A DNA stretch of 64,000 nt from Lama guanicoe (taxonomy: Eukaryota): positions 20,047,082 through 20,111,081 of the forward strand of contig MU054323.1 in the NCBI GenBank assembly GCA_013239625.1, read 5' to 3'. This document shows, one piece after another, positions 1 to 12,320 of the stretch. The translations under genes were made by a program, and so were the position numbers. Within the stretch, counting starts at the first letter, position 1. Each line of letters opens with the position of its first letter. The notes under the pieces were generated by a model. It saw nothing but the letters and a program-made list of their open reading frames with translations. It did not search any database and was not told the origin of the DNA.

Positions 1-902
1 AAGGGAGGGGTGGGCAGACACATCAAGTTATGAATCAATTTGCCAAATGACCATTTCTTCAAGGACATAACTTCAAAGGAGAAAGGAGAACAGACAAACA
101 AAGGTTCTTCTGTGCGACTCTACTTTAATTAGAATGACAACTAACTGAAAGCAATTTAATGTTGGTTCATGAAAGATTAATAGAATTCATGTTTTGGAGA
201 TGCTGAATGCAACACAGACTTAGCCAGAAATAAAAATCTAACCTTTATTCTCTTTAATTATTCGGTCAGAATAATTTCCTGGGAGCAGGTTTAGTCTCTG
301 GATGGCTTTAATTAAACACCACTGAACTTTGAAGTTGACATCAACTCATCCAGCTGCAACTCAATTTTCAAATTAATCTGCTGTCTAACAGAGAGGTTTT
401 GTGGCCTAAGCAGGGGAGCTGTGGGGGAGTGGAAGGCGGGCTCAGAGCCCAACAGGTATTAACCAATTCTGGCACATCTTACATCTTCCCCACTCCTCTC
501 CAGTGGCAGGGCACTTACACAACTAGAGCCAGGGCCTCCCTAAGGAGGGGCCCAGGCCGAGCTGAGCAACCAAGCTGCCTCCTTCCTTGGCTTTTTCCAC
601 AGTCCTGGGTTCATGCTCCACTATCTCAACAACTTAAGCATAAGCCTGGTACAGCCAGACCCTTAAGTGGGCCCCAGGGCCATTAGCCCCCTGCCCAAAT
701 ACCCCCACTGTACCCTTGCTCTCCTCCCGTGTCTCTGCCTCTCCCTTGGAGTACAGAAATATGTGAAGAGCCAAGGTGTGGCCCTTCTGGCTGGGTGCCT
801 TCAGGAAACACTCCTACTTCTAAACTGACCTCCCTTCCAGCACTCCACCCAGGCCCCAGGTACCAGCCTCTCCTTCTTCTGGCTTCGAAAGCCCACATCC
901 TG

Positions 903-1610
903 AAAAAAGCAAATCAAAACTACAATGAGGTATCACCTCACACCAGTCAGAACGGCCATCATTCAAAAGTCCATGAACAATAAATGCTGGAGAGGATATG
1001 GAGAGAAGGGAACCCTCTTACACTGCTGGTGGGAATGCATTTTGGTGCAACCATTATGGAAAACAATATGGAGATTTCTCTAAAAACTAAAAATAGACCT
1101 ACCATATGATCCCACAATCCCACTCCTGGGTATATATCCGGAGAGAACTCTAATTTGAAAAAACACATTAACCCCAGTGTTCATAGCAGCACTATATACA
1201 ATAGTCAAGACATGGAAGCAACCTAAATGTCCATCAACACATGACTGGATAATGAAGTTGTGGTATATTTATACAATGGAATGCTACTCAGCCATAAAAA
1301 ATAATAAAATAATATCATTTGCAACAACATGAATGGACCCAGAGATCATCATTCTAAGTAAGCCAGAAAGAGAAAGGAAGATACCATATGGTATCACTTA
1401 TATGTAGAATCTAAAAGAAAAAGAGAAAGAAAAAAAAGGGACACTATGAACCTATGTACAAAACAGAAACAGACTCACATAATAAACAATCCTATGGTTA
1501 CCAGGGAAAAGGGGATGGGAAAGGATAAATTTGGGAGTTTGAGATTTGCTAATGGCAGCCACCATATATATAAAAACAGATTTTAAAAAGTTTAAAAGAA
1601 AGAAAGAAAA
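903..1610 (+). mobile_element. LINE-1 3' fragment (ORF2 C-terminal region plus 3' UTR, A-rich tail)
   Basis: Typical L1 ORF2-end sequence (CAAATCAAAACTACAATGAGGTATCACCTCACACCAGTCAGAA; TGGAAGCAACCTAAATGTCCATCAAC) followed by an L1 3' UTR and an A-rich tail. Close to the L1 copy at 47995-48640 in this window. Confidence 0.95.
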
Positions 1611-3229
1611 CTCAGGTCCCTAATTTTGTCAGTTGTAGTCTGTAGCCATATCAAGGTCCTTTTGCAATGAGCTTCTGATTCTTTCTAAAACTTCTTCCCT
1701 GCTGACTGGGAGGCAACCCCACCATCTCTCACAGCCTGGGGCTGTTCAGCTGACTTCCATCGGAATGACACTTGGGGGATGCAAAGATTCCAATCTGGCT
1801 GGTACACGTCAGACAACTTGAAGGACCTGTGCTCTAGCCCTAGGGTACAGTCAAAGTGACCATGACAAAGCTCAGGGACATGGGCAAGGTCAGGGCAAGG
1901 GAAGGCATGATGTCCTAAGAGGGCTGTGTCAGAACTTGAGGAAAAAAATATTATCTAAACAATGTTATTTCCAGCCACTCTGCTTCCCCTGCTTCCATTA
2001 GTATTTTACACCAGCTTCCTTTGAAATCAGCTCTAACAGACTCTGGGCCCCGAGCAAGCAGCATATGGTCTCAATCCGCCCATCCCAACACATTCCGCAG
2101 CAGCACGGCACCCTGAGTGCCCTGAGGCCACACAAAGGTCAGGATTCCTGATTCAAGCTTATACAAGTGACAGCTGCAAATGACCTATCCTCCCAATCCT
2201 CTTATCAGGAGGTGGCTGTGCCACCCCAGTTGCTCTGTTGGTGCAGAGAGCCAGGGTCAGCTGGGCTCCTTCACAATCATGAGGCTGACCCACTACAGCC
2301 CAGAAGCCACAGCCAGGTTTCCCCAACCTGCACCCAGCCAGGAGCAGCCTGTCCTCAAGCAACCAAACCCCACTAGTCCCTCAGAGCCCTGAGGTTGGGA
2401 CAAGTGAGGGGAAACAGCGGAATTCCTCCATAACAAGAGAGTTTCTTGATCATGGGGTTTACCAACCGTAGGAGACTTGAGAGATAACCTAAAAGGACCT
2501 AAAAATAATTATTAAAAGAGTTTCCTTAAATATAATAACAGTGCTTGCTTACAAAGACAAAAGTATCTGATTCATCTTGGGGTCCCTGACACCTCATAGT
2601 GTGTGCTTTTGCATGCTAAGTATCTGGGAGACGCAGAGGATTAGTGGAACTCCTTAATGACCGACTGTGGGTCAGAGCAGCCCTGGATGACCAAGAATGA
2701 TGGCCACTGAACATGACAAGAGGAACAGTAAGAACAAAGCCCCATTTCTCAACTCTGACAAGGACAGTCTTTGGTGCTAGATTAGAGTGCTCCAACCCAG
2801 GGCACGCACAGTCAAAAACGTCAAATAAATGTATTAAGTCACTAGGACCAGAGAGTACAGAATTTCTAAGCGAATCATTATTGCCCCTGGTGTAACTTCT
2901 AGCTACTGAATATCAATAGGCCAGAAAGTGAAAGGTTTGCACAACTTCCCACCATAAAAAAAGTCCGAAAGAAGACTTGGAGATTAGAAGCCTGAAAGTC
3001 AGACAAGCCCGAGAAGTCTGCCCAGAGCCACACACAGCAAGGGGAGAAAAGGTATGTAGATCAAAGAAAGCCAGCCAGTGTTATAAAGAGCCACCCCTAT
3101 CCTCACCAGGCATTGACAGCTTCACACCAGAGTCACAGAGGGTGAGGGGCCAGGAAGGAGAGGGAGAGCTAGTCAGACCTGGAAAGGGAATCTGGCTAGA
3201 AAATAAAGGAGGGATAAGCAGGCACTTCT

Positions 3230-4130
3230 CTGGAAAAAGCATAAAGCATCCATTTCAACCTTTCTTGCTCCTGTTTACCGTAAAAGAATTCTGAAAATCT
3301 TGTATGTATCCCTTTGTATTATGTAAGCTTAACATCTAAATTTTTTCATTGTAATAGCAGCAAGAAATATAGTTTCTGGTGTATTGTAAGTAATAGCTTA
3401 AATTATTAAGTCACTCTCATAAATGTACCCAGTGGACTGTAAATACCATCGCAGTTAGACACCTACCTTCAACTAGTTAAAAATACAAATGTCTACTTAA
3501 CAGTCAGAAATCTCTTCTTCAGCTTATATCTCCATTTCACTCCTCCACCTAAAATTTTACCCCCGAAACTTTACCCTAATGAAATACATTTTTATGCTTG
3601 AAGATCTATTACTGATCACATTTGTAATTCTCTGTGATATATTAAAGTTGGTTAAATTTTCTGTGACCATAACCTCTAAATATTAAAAAATACCTTATTC
3701 TATTATGATCGCTGTTTCAATCACAGTACGTATTTCAAAACAACAGAATATAAATATTGATAATCATTTAGTATGGGCAAAATCTGACTAGAAATGCAAC
3801 CTGACTAGAGGGAGACAGCTGGTTCATGTTTCCACGGATGACTCTCGCTGACTGTTAAAGTTAGGAGTTTCAGCACCAATTCGGTTTCTGTTTTTCATTT
3901 TTATAGATATTAAGTCCTGAGAAACCTTGTTCTCAGAAATAAATAGATGGCAATGGAAGTTTTGTAATTATTTTTAATGATCAACTGACAGCTCAATTGG
4001 TTCCCCCTTCAATTTTGTTAAAAGCAGACTCAGGAAACTTGTAACTTGTAAAGGAATTTGGTACCCAGTCATTAGAGTCATTTTCTCAACATTACCAACA
4101 TTCAGAATTATACCCATGGCACCCTAGACA
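3230..4130 (-). mobile_element. hAT-Charlie-type DNA transposon relic with degraded transposase C-terminus
   Basis: Minus strand 4070-3869 reads as DWVPNSF...KLKGEPIELSVD...PLPSIYF*EQGFSGL/ISIKMKNRNRIGAE. This resembles the Charlie/hAT motifs WxxNPF and LPFPSTYLCExGFSxLxxIKTKxRNRL, with a stop and a frameshift. Outer boundaries approximate. Confidence 0.75.
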
Positions 4131-4574
4131 GCAGGGCAACACATCATCGTCTTCCCTAGAAACAGCGAGGGGTTAGCCTTCTTTTTATAGAGCGGGAAAA
4201 GATTATAAGGAACCCCTTAAGCTAGGTGCCTTCTCAGCTCAACTCTAGGAAGTATAATGGAAGCTGAGGTCCTAAAAATTGATTTCCTTAATACTATCCC
4301 TGCCTGGGGACTCCATGGCATCTTCCTACCCCCAGGGCTATGTGTGCTCAGACCACTGTTGTTAAGGGCAAACCAAATGGCCTAGAAGAGGTGAGAAAAG
4401 TGACTGTCCCTCTGTTGATAGCATTAACACAGAGGATGGTCTCCCTCTGAGTAGACAACCCAACCTGGCAAAGGTTCAAAGAACTGTGCTTAGAAGGAAT
4501 AATCCTAACTGGGAACACAGCAAAAGCTCAGAGCCTTCAGTTAAGACCCAAGAACAGGCTGCACTGAGCTCCTT

Positions 4575-4925
4575 TACTGCATCTCCCCACACTGCCTGGC
4601 ACCAAACAGTTGACTGGCTCAGTGGGGGACACCTGACCCAAAAGGGGCCAATAATATTCTGTCCTCTGGAATTTGGGGCTGGTTTCAGTGGCTAGACAAC
4701 CGTTTCCCACCATGTGTGACAAGAAACAGAAACAGCTGGTGCACAGAAACATGGTTAAAACAGCTGCATGGCAAAGAGAATGACAGGAAGGACAAGCACT
4801 TTGGTCCCAAAGGTATGTACGCCTTGTGAGACCCAGCTCCACTTGGGTTCTGGAAAATCCCCCTTTCTGCATTGCCTGGCTTTAATGAATTTCTGGTACT
4901 TGCAATCAGAAGAGTTTTGGCTCAG
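4575..4925. mobile_element. Old ERVL-type solo LTR fragment (LTR16-like)
   Basis: GGACACCTGACCCAAAAGGGGCCAATAATATTCTGTCCTCTGGAATTT resembles the LTR16-family core. Highly diverged, family uncertain. Confidence 0.45.
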
Positions 4926-4994
4926 AGAGGAGTCAGCAGAGACTGTTTCTGAGGAAGTCAGCCTGATGGACCAGTGACATTTACAGCATTATCA

Positions 4995-6740
4995 AAAGGC
5001 ACCTGGACATAAGTAGGCCAAGTACATGATTAGATAGTTCACAAAAAAGGAAATATAACTTACTATTTAAAAAAAAACATTAAAAACATTAAAAAGTTTA
5101 ATGTTTAAATAAAAGAAAAATATTCAACATCACTAATTACAACAGAAAGGCAAGTTAAACCAGAGAAATTTTATCACTTATCAGACTGGCAAAGATGAAA
5201 AAGTTTGATAATGCATTTGGCTGACAAAGGGAAGGAGGAACAGGCACCCTCATCACGGCTAAATAGGCACCATCAGCACCATCTCTTGTAGTGAAGAACA
5301 GCTATCAAAATTGGAGATGCACATTCTCTCTGCCTTGTAAATCTCACTTCTAGAAATTATTCTACAAATATATTCAACATGTAAAATGACCTGCAAAGAT
5401 TATACATTTAAGGCAGCGTTTGTAAAAGCAAAAAACTTAAGACCAAATACCCATCAAAAGGAAACTAGTTAAATAAACTACGGTGTATTCATATAAAATG
5501 GAATACAATGCAGAAAATGAGATAGAGAACAACTCCAAACTATGAGCAGAGGAAACGTACCAGCTAGGCAAAAATAAAACAGGCAGAGAAGGAAAATGCA
5601 TCTGCATACATGAACAGAATATACCTGAAGGTAAACAGAAGACACTGGGGTGGAGAAAATACAAGAGAAACATGGAAAGCATCCTGCGTATCAGAAAGCA
5701 AAGAAATGCTCAAAGACTAATAGGGGCATGTCAGTAGGACACAGAAGCCAATATGGGCTGAATCTGAGCATCAGCATGAATAATGACACAGACAGTTATT
5801 ACACTGAATGAGAAAATTACACTAAAACCTCTTAAAAGGAGAGTACTCATCTTCACTGAAATATGTCAACAATGTAGAAAATCACTTTTTTACAACTACC
5901 TTAGTAATAAACAATTCAGTCAAGAATCACCAATGAACACTAACACTGGGTGCAAAACCACTGAGGACACAATATTCTCAGTCTCAAATATCGCCCCAGA
6001 GATTAGTTATTAATTATCAAGTGGAGAGAGGAGGGTATAGCTCAGTGGTAGAGCATGTGCTTAGCATGCATGAGGTCCTGGGTTAAATCCCCAGTACCTC
6101 CATTAGAAGATAAATAAATGAGTCTAATTACCTCCACCACCCCCTACAAAAAAATAAAGCATTTATAAAGGGGAAAGGGTATCTTTACAAGGCAGAAACC
6201 TGACAGACAATGTTTTAATTAAGTTAACCAACTTCAATCTCCAATAATGGGACAAACTGGTATCAAGCGCCACCTGACACAATAATACCACACCACATAT
6301 GAAGAATTCCTGACAAAAATGCTTAACCTGAATCCACTCATAAGGAGACAGTAAGACAATCCAAGTTGAAGGATATTCTACAAAACAGTGCCCTGAACTC
6401 TTCAAATAGGTCAATGTCACAAGGACACTGGGGACTGTTCTGGACAAAAGGAAACTAAAGGGGCATGACAACTAAATGTCTATATTCTTAGGAGATACTG
6501 GCTTAAGCATTTATGGCTGAATTACTGTAATTCCATTGCTTAATCTTAAATGATTCAGCAAAAACCAAATACATGTGAGTATATATGATCATTATGTGTG
6601 CCTGTGTATGAGAGCAAAAAAAAACAAAAGGGGCAATATACTGATAACTGGTGATCTACGTGAAGAACATACAGGTATACTGTACTGTTCTTACAATCTT
6701 TCTGTAGTCTGAAATTTTTCAAAATAAAAATTTGGGGGAA
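4995..6740 (+). mobile_element. Old L1M (L1MC/L1ME-like) fragments, interrupted by a SINE
   Basis: Degenerate L1 ORF2-end and 3' UTR phrases (TTCAACATCACTAATTAC; ATAAACTACGGTGTATTCAT; TCTGAAATTTTTCAAAATAAAA). Confidence 0.7.
6029..6160 (+). mobile_element. tRNA-Ala-derived SINE (camelid Vic-1 type), long form
   Basis: Pol III A box TAGCTCAGTGG, B box-like GGTTAAATCCC, AGC anticodon-like loop, AT-rich tail. Degenerate TSD TTATCAAGTGGAGAG / TTATAAAGGGGAAAG. Confidence 0.88.
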
Positions 6741-7194
6741 ATTTATACTTGTACAGACAAATGAGGGCTTCCCGGCTTGTGAGAATGCTATTGAGTGTTT
6801 TCACATGCCGTATTTTCTCCTAAGAGGTCACTGTTATTTGCTATGGCAAAATACACACCACCACTTTATATAATAAAATTCTACCTTTTTTCAGCACTAA
6901 TATAGGGTACATGAGGTCTATGAATTGTGACAGCACAGGAAATTACTGTATAAATGAACTATGTGTTACAGGCACATTTCACTAAGGGGCAAGCCCATTT
7001 CTTATAAGGAACCATATCATATGGTAATCATCAATATGCCACTCACCTATTATTTGACTTTGAGGAACAGTTTTGTAAAGATCATCTGGTGTCTAATTAA
7101 AAAGAAAGAAATTAAACTCAGGTTTAAGATGCCTCTGGTGTATTCCGAAATTATTTTGAAAGCTTACTTAAAAGGATGTCAAACTTGAGATGTT

Positions 7195-7921
7195 TTACCA
7201 TTCATGTATTTATTCCACAATTAAAACAAATCATAATTTAAAGCCATAACATTTTTAAAAGGTAAAGAATTTGTGTCACAGATGCATTTAATAAAACAGA
7301 CATTGGTCTAAAGTGCAACACAAAATAGGTGTTCTCTGTTCCCATGGTGGAATAAATACGTTAACAATTACACAAAAAAATTCACTAAAGATCTGAGATG
7401 ATGCAAATAACCCTTTGAAACAAACTGCCCAATGAACAGAGGCAGGCTGCAAGTAATTTCTATTAACATTTTACTGCAAGATGGCAAAATCCCCAGTGTG
7501 ACTACTAACTTATCAAATACCTCATTTCATGTGCCTGGCCTTGGCTTCTATCTTCTTTCCTCAGTCACATCCAAATCCAGAAAGGCTTCTCCACCCCATG
7601 CTCAAAATTCCACTATTAGTCCCCAAGAACCTCAGCACAGACTGCCATTAATGAGCCTGTGTGCAACCTTCATTTGGAACCTCCAGGGAAATCAGGAGAC
7701 CAAACGCAGAGGGCAGCAGCCATTTCTTTAAACAATAGTTTTAGCTATCGAATGAGCTCCGACAGACCATGAGCATTTTATAAACAAGCCAAAAATATTG
7801 TCTTAGTATCTTTCTGTTTTCATGAAAAATGTTAAGGCCATTCAAAAAAAAAATTTACAGAAATAAAATGAAAATTCAAAGGGTTTATGCCAAAAAGCAA
7901 ACCAGTCCTCAACAGCCTAAC
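7195..7921 (-). other. COX7A2L: COX7A2L 3' UTR with candidate poly(A) signals
   Basis: Repeat-free sequence after the TGA stop. Minus-strand ATTAAA at 7292-7287 and AATAAA at 7214-7209. The true cleavage site cannot be determined from sequence. Confidence 0.65.
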
Positions 7922-8062
7922 TCATTTGTTTCTCGGCTGTGAAGCCATGTAGAGGGCGATCAGGCAGTAGATGGTCCCTCCCACCGTCAGCGCCATGGTG
8001 GTCCGGTAAAGCATTTGGTCAGGCAGGCCTCGTTTCAGGTGGATGGGCACACCGTCAGATTT
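7922..8062 (-). CDS. COX7A2L: COX7A2L coding exon 3 ([46 protein letters not shown])
   Basis: Manual translation gives the COX7A-family C-terminus with its transmembrane helix. Acceptor ttctttctttcaag (AG at 8064-8063), TGA at 7924-7922. Below the ORF-track length cutoff. Confidence 0.98.
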   Translation of the reverse strand, partial: KSDGVPIHLKRGLPDQMLYRTTMALTVGGTIYCLIALYMASQPRNK

Positions 8063-9286
8063 CTTGAAAGAAAGAATTATCAAGTACATGGTTGATAAGA
8101 AAAAGATTTTACAATTTAGGCTAATCTAGAGCAAATGCCTCTAACTTTATAACTAATCCATCAACCCACTGCAGTGGAGAAAAGTCCTAATCTACTAGAA
8201 TGCTAACTGAAATACTGATATATTTTCTTATAAATGTAGCTAAAGCTTGTAAGTCCAAAGTCATTCTTCAAAATGCAGCCTCAGGAACATTCATGCAACA
8301 AATTTCAACTTTCTAAAAAATTTATCATATATTGCTTAATTACAAAAGGAGCACTGGTTAGTTTTTTAAAAGGCAAAGGTAATCAGCAGCTAATCAAAGA
8401 CATGTAGGCACAAGAGATGCTCTACATTTAATGTGACTTCTGATCATTAGTGGATTAAGTCTGAATATCAAGTCCATTTTGTATTTAATTACTTTCTTTC
8501 TGTTAAGCTGATAAACCCCTATGTAATAATGAGATCCCACAGAATGTTCAATCCATTATTTTGCACAGTCTCCAAAATCTCTCCATACTGCAACTGAAGG
8601 CCCCAATGCCCATTCAAGTCTTATCAGATAAAGAGATTAAATTGATCAAAAGTCCCTAAGCCAGTCCTGAACCTGGACACATTTTTGAGGAGGAGAAAGC
8701 TACCTTCGAGCAACAACAGTACCAGCCACTGCCACTCCCACAGTGCCTGAGATGTAGTCGGATCACTGACCTCTGAATCATCTGTATGTAGATTAACATT
8801 AATAATATTTTAAAATCCAATTCTGGCTTCTCTCTGCTGATCAGCAAACCCAAGAGAGCCTCCTCCACTTCTAGCAATAGCTCAGTAAATTTTAGTATCA
8901 AGTAAGTAAAAAAACAATTAGAAGAAAATTCACTACAGAAAATCACTGTGTATCACAAAGCCAAATATATACTGGATTGTTCAATGTTGTTATACATTAT
9001 ACAAACTATTGCTTCCTCCATCCAATGGATGATCAACAGCTATACATGCAATTTGAAAACCTCCATACCTTTAAATACTGAGGAGGAAATGGATCACTCT
9101 CCCCTCTTTCATCAGTTTGTACCTAAATAAAATTCTCCTAGTTTATGGCTCAAACTAAAATCAAGAGAATTCTATTTAAGGAAAAAGAGGGAAGTGGGTA
9201 GCAAACTAGGTTAAGACTCAATCTCATAGGGTTTTTTAAGCCTATTTACATCACTGTCTTCACTGTTCTAGAGTATCTTCTCTCAC

Positions 9287-9415
9287 CTGGAAAAACTTTT
9301 GTAGCTCTGGAACTTTGTTTTTCCCAGCATAATCATATGCAGAATTAGAACTCAGTTTAGTTGGTGTGGCAAATATGATAGGTGGTGCTTCTTTGGAAAC
9401 CAAAGGCCGTAATCC
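9287..9415 (-). CDS. COX7A2L: COX7A2L coding exon 2 (GLRPLVSKEAPPIIFATPTKLSSNSAYDYAGKNKVPELQKFFQ)
   Basis: Lies inside ORF 9260..9460. Acceptor ttttttctacag ends at 9416, donor gtgaga starts at 9286. 129 nt, phase 0 at both ends. Confidence 0.98.
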
Positions 9416-10164
9416 CTGTAGAAAAAAAGAAAAGGTCAAGCTGAAATTATGACTGGGCATCTAAACAAACCTTGCCAGGAGCAGGCTGCCTAGAAGAACG
9501 GAGGCAGTCATTCCACCATGTAAGAGGGAAGGAAAGTCTCTTCAACTCTACGTTGCAAAGCCTTTAGGTTTAAAGTTCTTAAACTTTCAACAAAACACCG
9601 TAGCCCACTTTCCCAGAGAAACCCAGTCAAGAACTCTTACCTTTAAAAAGCAGTGCAGTGGGGTGGGGAGAAGGAGCAAACCACAACAGAGGCCCAGGCT
9701 GAGCTTCCAGATATACCTATAGTGTCTCATCAAACCAGTAAAACATGTATAATCTGTATGAATTTGGCTTAGATTTCAAAAGAGACCAGCTGTCCCTTTT
9801 CTCCTCAGGGTGAAAAGATGTACCAACATGAAATCTCTAACCCTGAAGCAGACTTCAGAAACTTTCCAGACACAAAGTAAAAAACAAATCTCAATCTGGA
9901 AGAAACAATAATTCAGCTGTCTCGGCCCCACAGGTAAAGCAAATGGATATGGTGGTAAGCTACTACACCCTATCCATCATTAAAACTCCTAACAATTTAA
10001 GAGTAGTCAATGTTTCCCGTGTTTCAAGGCAGCTATATAAGACTAGCACTAGGGTTCTTAAGAGTAGACCAGGAAGCTGTATTTACAGGAAGAGATCTAG
10101 AGCAAATCCCTCACCTCTCCCAGGGCTGTGGTTGCCCCACCCTAGAAGAATTATGAGCCTCCAA

Positions 10165-10965
10165 TAAGTCTTTCCTCATTTCAATAAATGACAATACCAT
10201 CCTTCCAGGTACTTAGGCAAAAACCTTGAAATTGTTCTTAATACTCTCACACATTTGCAAATCCTTTTGGCTCTACCTTCAAGCGATATTCTGAACCTGA
10301 CCAGTTCTCACCTATCTTTCCCAATCCACACTCTGGTCCAAACTCCTGGACTTTTTTTATAATAGCCTCCTAACTGGTCACCCTGCTTCCATTCCACCCT
10401 TGCTGCCCTGCAGTCTACTCTTAATGCAGCAAACAGTAACTGTTTGGTTGTATGTCACTACTCAGCTCAAATCCACCCAAAAGCCTTTTAGCTCACTGAG
10501 CAAAACTCAATGTTCTTACAGTGACTTTCAGAACTCTATGAGATGCACCACTCACACTGCCCCGCACCCCTGACATCATCCCCTTTCTCTGCCCCAGCCT
10601 ACTGGACTAGCCTCTTAAACCTCCCAGGCACCAGGCCATGTTCCATCTGCCTAGAATGATATTCTCCATCAACGTGGCTTGCACCTTCACCTAATGTCAC
10701 CTTCTCAGTGAGACCTCCCCTTACCACTCTTTTTGGGACTATATGCCCCCCCCTTTACACTATCTTCCTGCTTTATTTTTCTCCATAGCACTTATCACCA
10801 TCTAACACACTGTATTCTACTTTGTTTACTGTCCCTACGGCAACAGAAGCACCATGAGGGCAGGATTTAGGCATGTTTTGTTCACTTAATCTTATTTTCC
10901 AAGACTTAGAAAAGCCACTGGCACAGAAAGCACATTCAGTAAATATTTGGTGAAATGTATAAATA
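10165..10965 (+). mobile_element. LINE-2 fragment in COX7A2L intron 1
   Basis: L2-typical phrases (AATAGCCTCCTAACTGGTC; CCATGAGGGCAGGA; CATTCAGTAAATATTTGGTGAA 3' end). Confidence 0.8.
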
Positions 10966-12089
10966 AGCTAAGAAGTCTACAGCTTCACCACAGTGTAGAC
11001 TTGAATTTTCAGAACCAAAGTCATGAAAATCAGCACCTGACAGCAGAGCCTCCCACATGTCTTGCAGAAATGAGAAAACAACTGAAAGCTGTTCTTAAAA
11101 TAAGTGGTCTGTAGACCAAGTAGAAATCACAGGTTTTGCTTTTTAGTATCAAATCTCTTAGCTGTTTACACAATCATTACCTGTACAATTGATTAAGAGC
11201 CATTCAACAGTAACCATGTTTAGTAATTGAATTCCTTCTCGTCTATTTTAGTTGTTTCAAATTTTCAAAAATCTGGAGAAAAGTAAACATCATTTTTTTC
11301 ACCTCAAAACTGACTGGTCCAAAATTTTCCTCTTCATCTATCTTTTATGTCTGAGGAGAAGGGAGGGTGCAGAAATAAGAGAATTATCAAAAAAATTTTT
11401 TTTTAGTTTTTAAGCCTACAAACTCTATGATTTAGGACTGCAAACAAGTTTCAATCCTCAGTGATCAAGTCTTTCATTTCTAACTGCCAGCTATGTATCA
11501 CCACCTCCATGTTTCCTTGACACCTCACAGTGCATTCAAAAGTCACGCAGTTTCTCACAAGCCTACTCAGGAGCTCCCTGTTTCTGCGGAAAGCACCACC
11601 ATCCTCCCATTACCCAGTCATCTTGGAGTCCTCCCATTCCCAAAATCTCCGTCATCAGTAACTAAGTACTCTTCTCTGAGACGTCAGACTCTTTCTTCAT
11701 TCCTACTGAGAAGATCTTGAACACTTTTATGCTTTTATGGGTATAACCAGCTTGCCTGGCACTGGTCTTCCCCAGTCAGATTATCTTTTCAAAGCATAGC
11801 TCTGGTCATGATACATAATCCTCTATCATAAATCTTTCATAAAACTAAAGGGAAGAAGCATGTCCTTGTTTCAACCTCTGGACAAGACTCCACCTCAACT
11901 TTCTGTATCAAATTGCTTTGTAAATTCCCATTCATTTCTCATAAAATTAAGTCCTACAGTCCTGGGCCTTTCATGATCTACCTCCATCCACCACAGCCAG
12001 ACTTACTTACTCAATGATTCCCTGCAGCTCCCCCTCCTCCTTTATTCTCACAGTTCCCTCTACCTAGAATATTCTGCCTTCTTAACTAG

Positions 12090-12320
12090 GAAAACAATTG
12101 CTGAATCATATGTTAAATTATGTTTCACTTTTTAAGAAAATGCCAAACTGTTTTCCAAAGCGGCTGTACCATTTTACATTCCCACCACAATGTAGTAGGG
12201 TTCCACTTTCTCCACATTCTTACCAACACCTGTTTTATTTTAGCAGGTGTGAAGAGGTATCTCTTCGTGGTTTTGATTTGTATTTCCCTAATGATTAATG
12301 ATGTCAAACATGGGTTTATT
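12090..12320 (-). mobile_element. LINE-1 ORF2 3' fragment
   Basis: ORF 12125..12349 reads SLIIREIQIKTTKRYLFTP...WECKMVQPLWKTVWHFLKK, matching the L1 ORF2 C-terminal domain. Confidence 0.9.

Noticed and set aside
6029..6102. tRNA-Ala(AGC)-like genes at 6029, 26626, 41032 and 43345
   Set aside because: Stems are imperfect, all have A-rich tails and three have visible TSDs; they are tRNA-derived SINEs, not tRNA genes.
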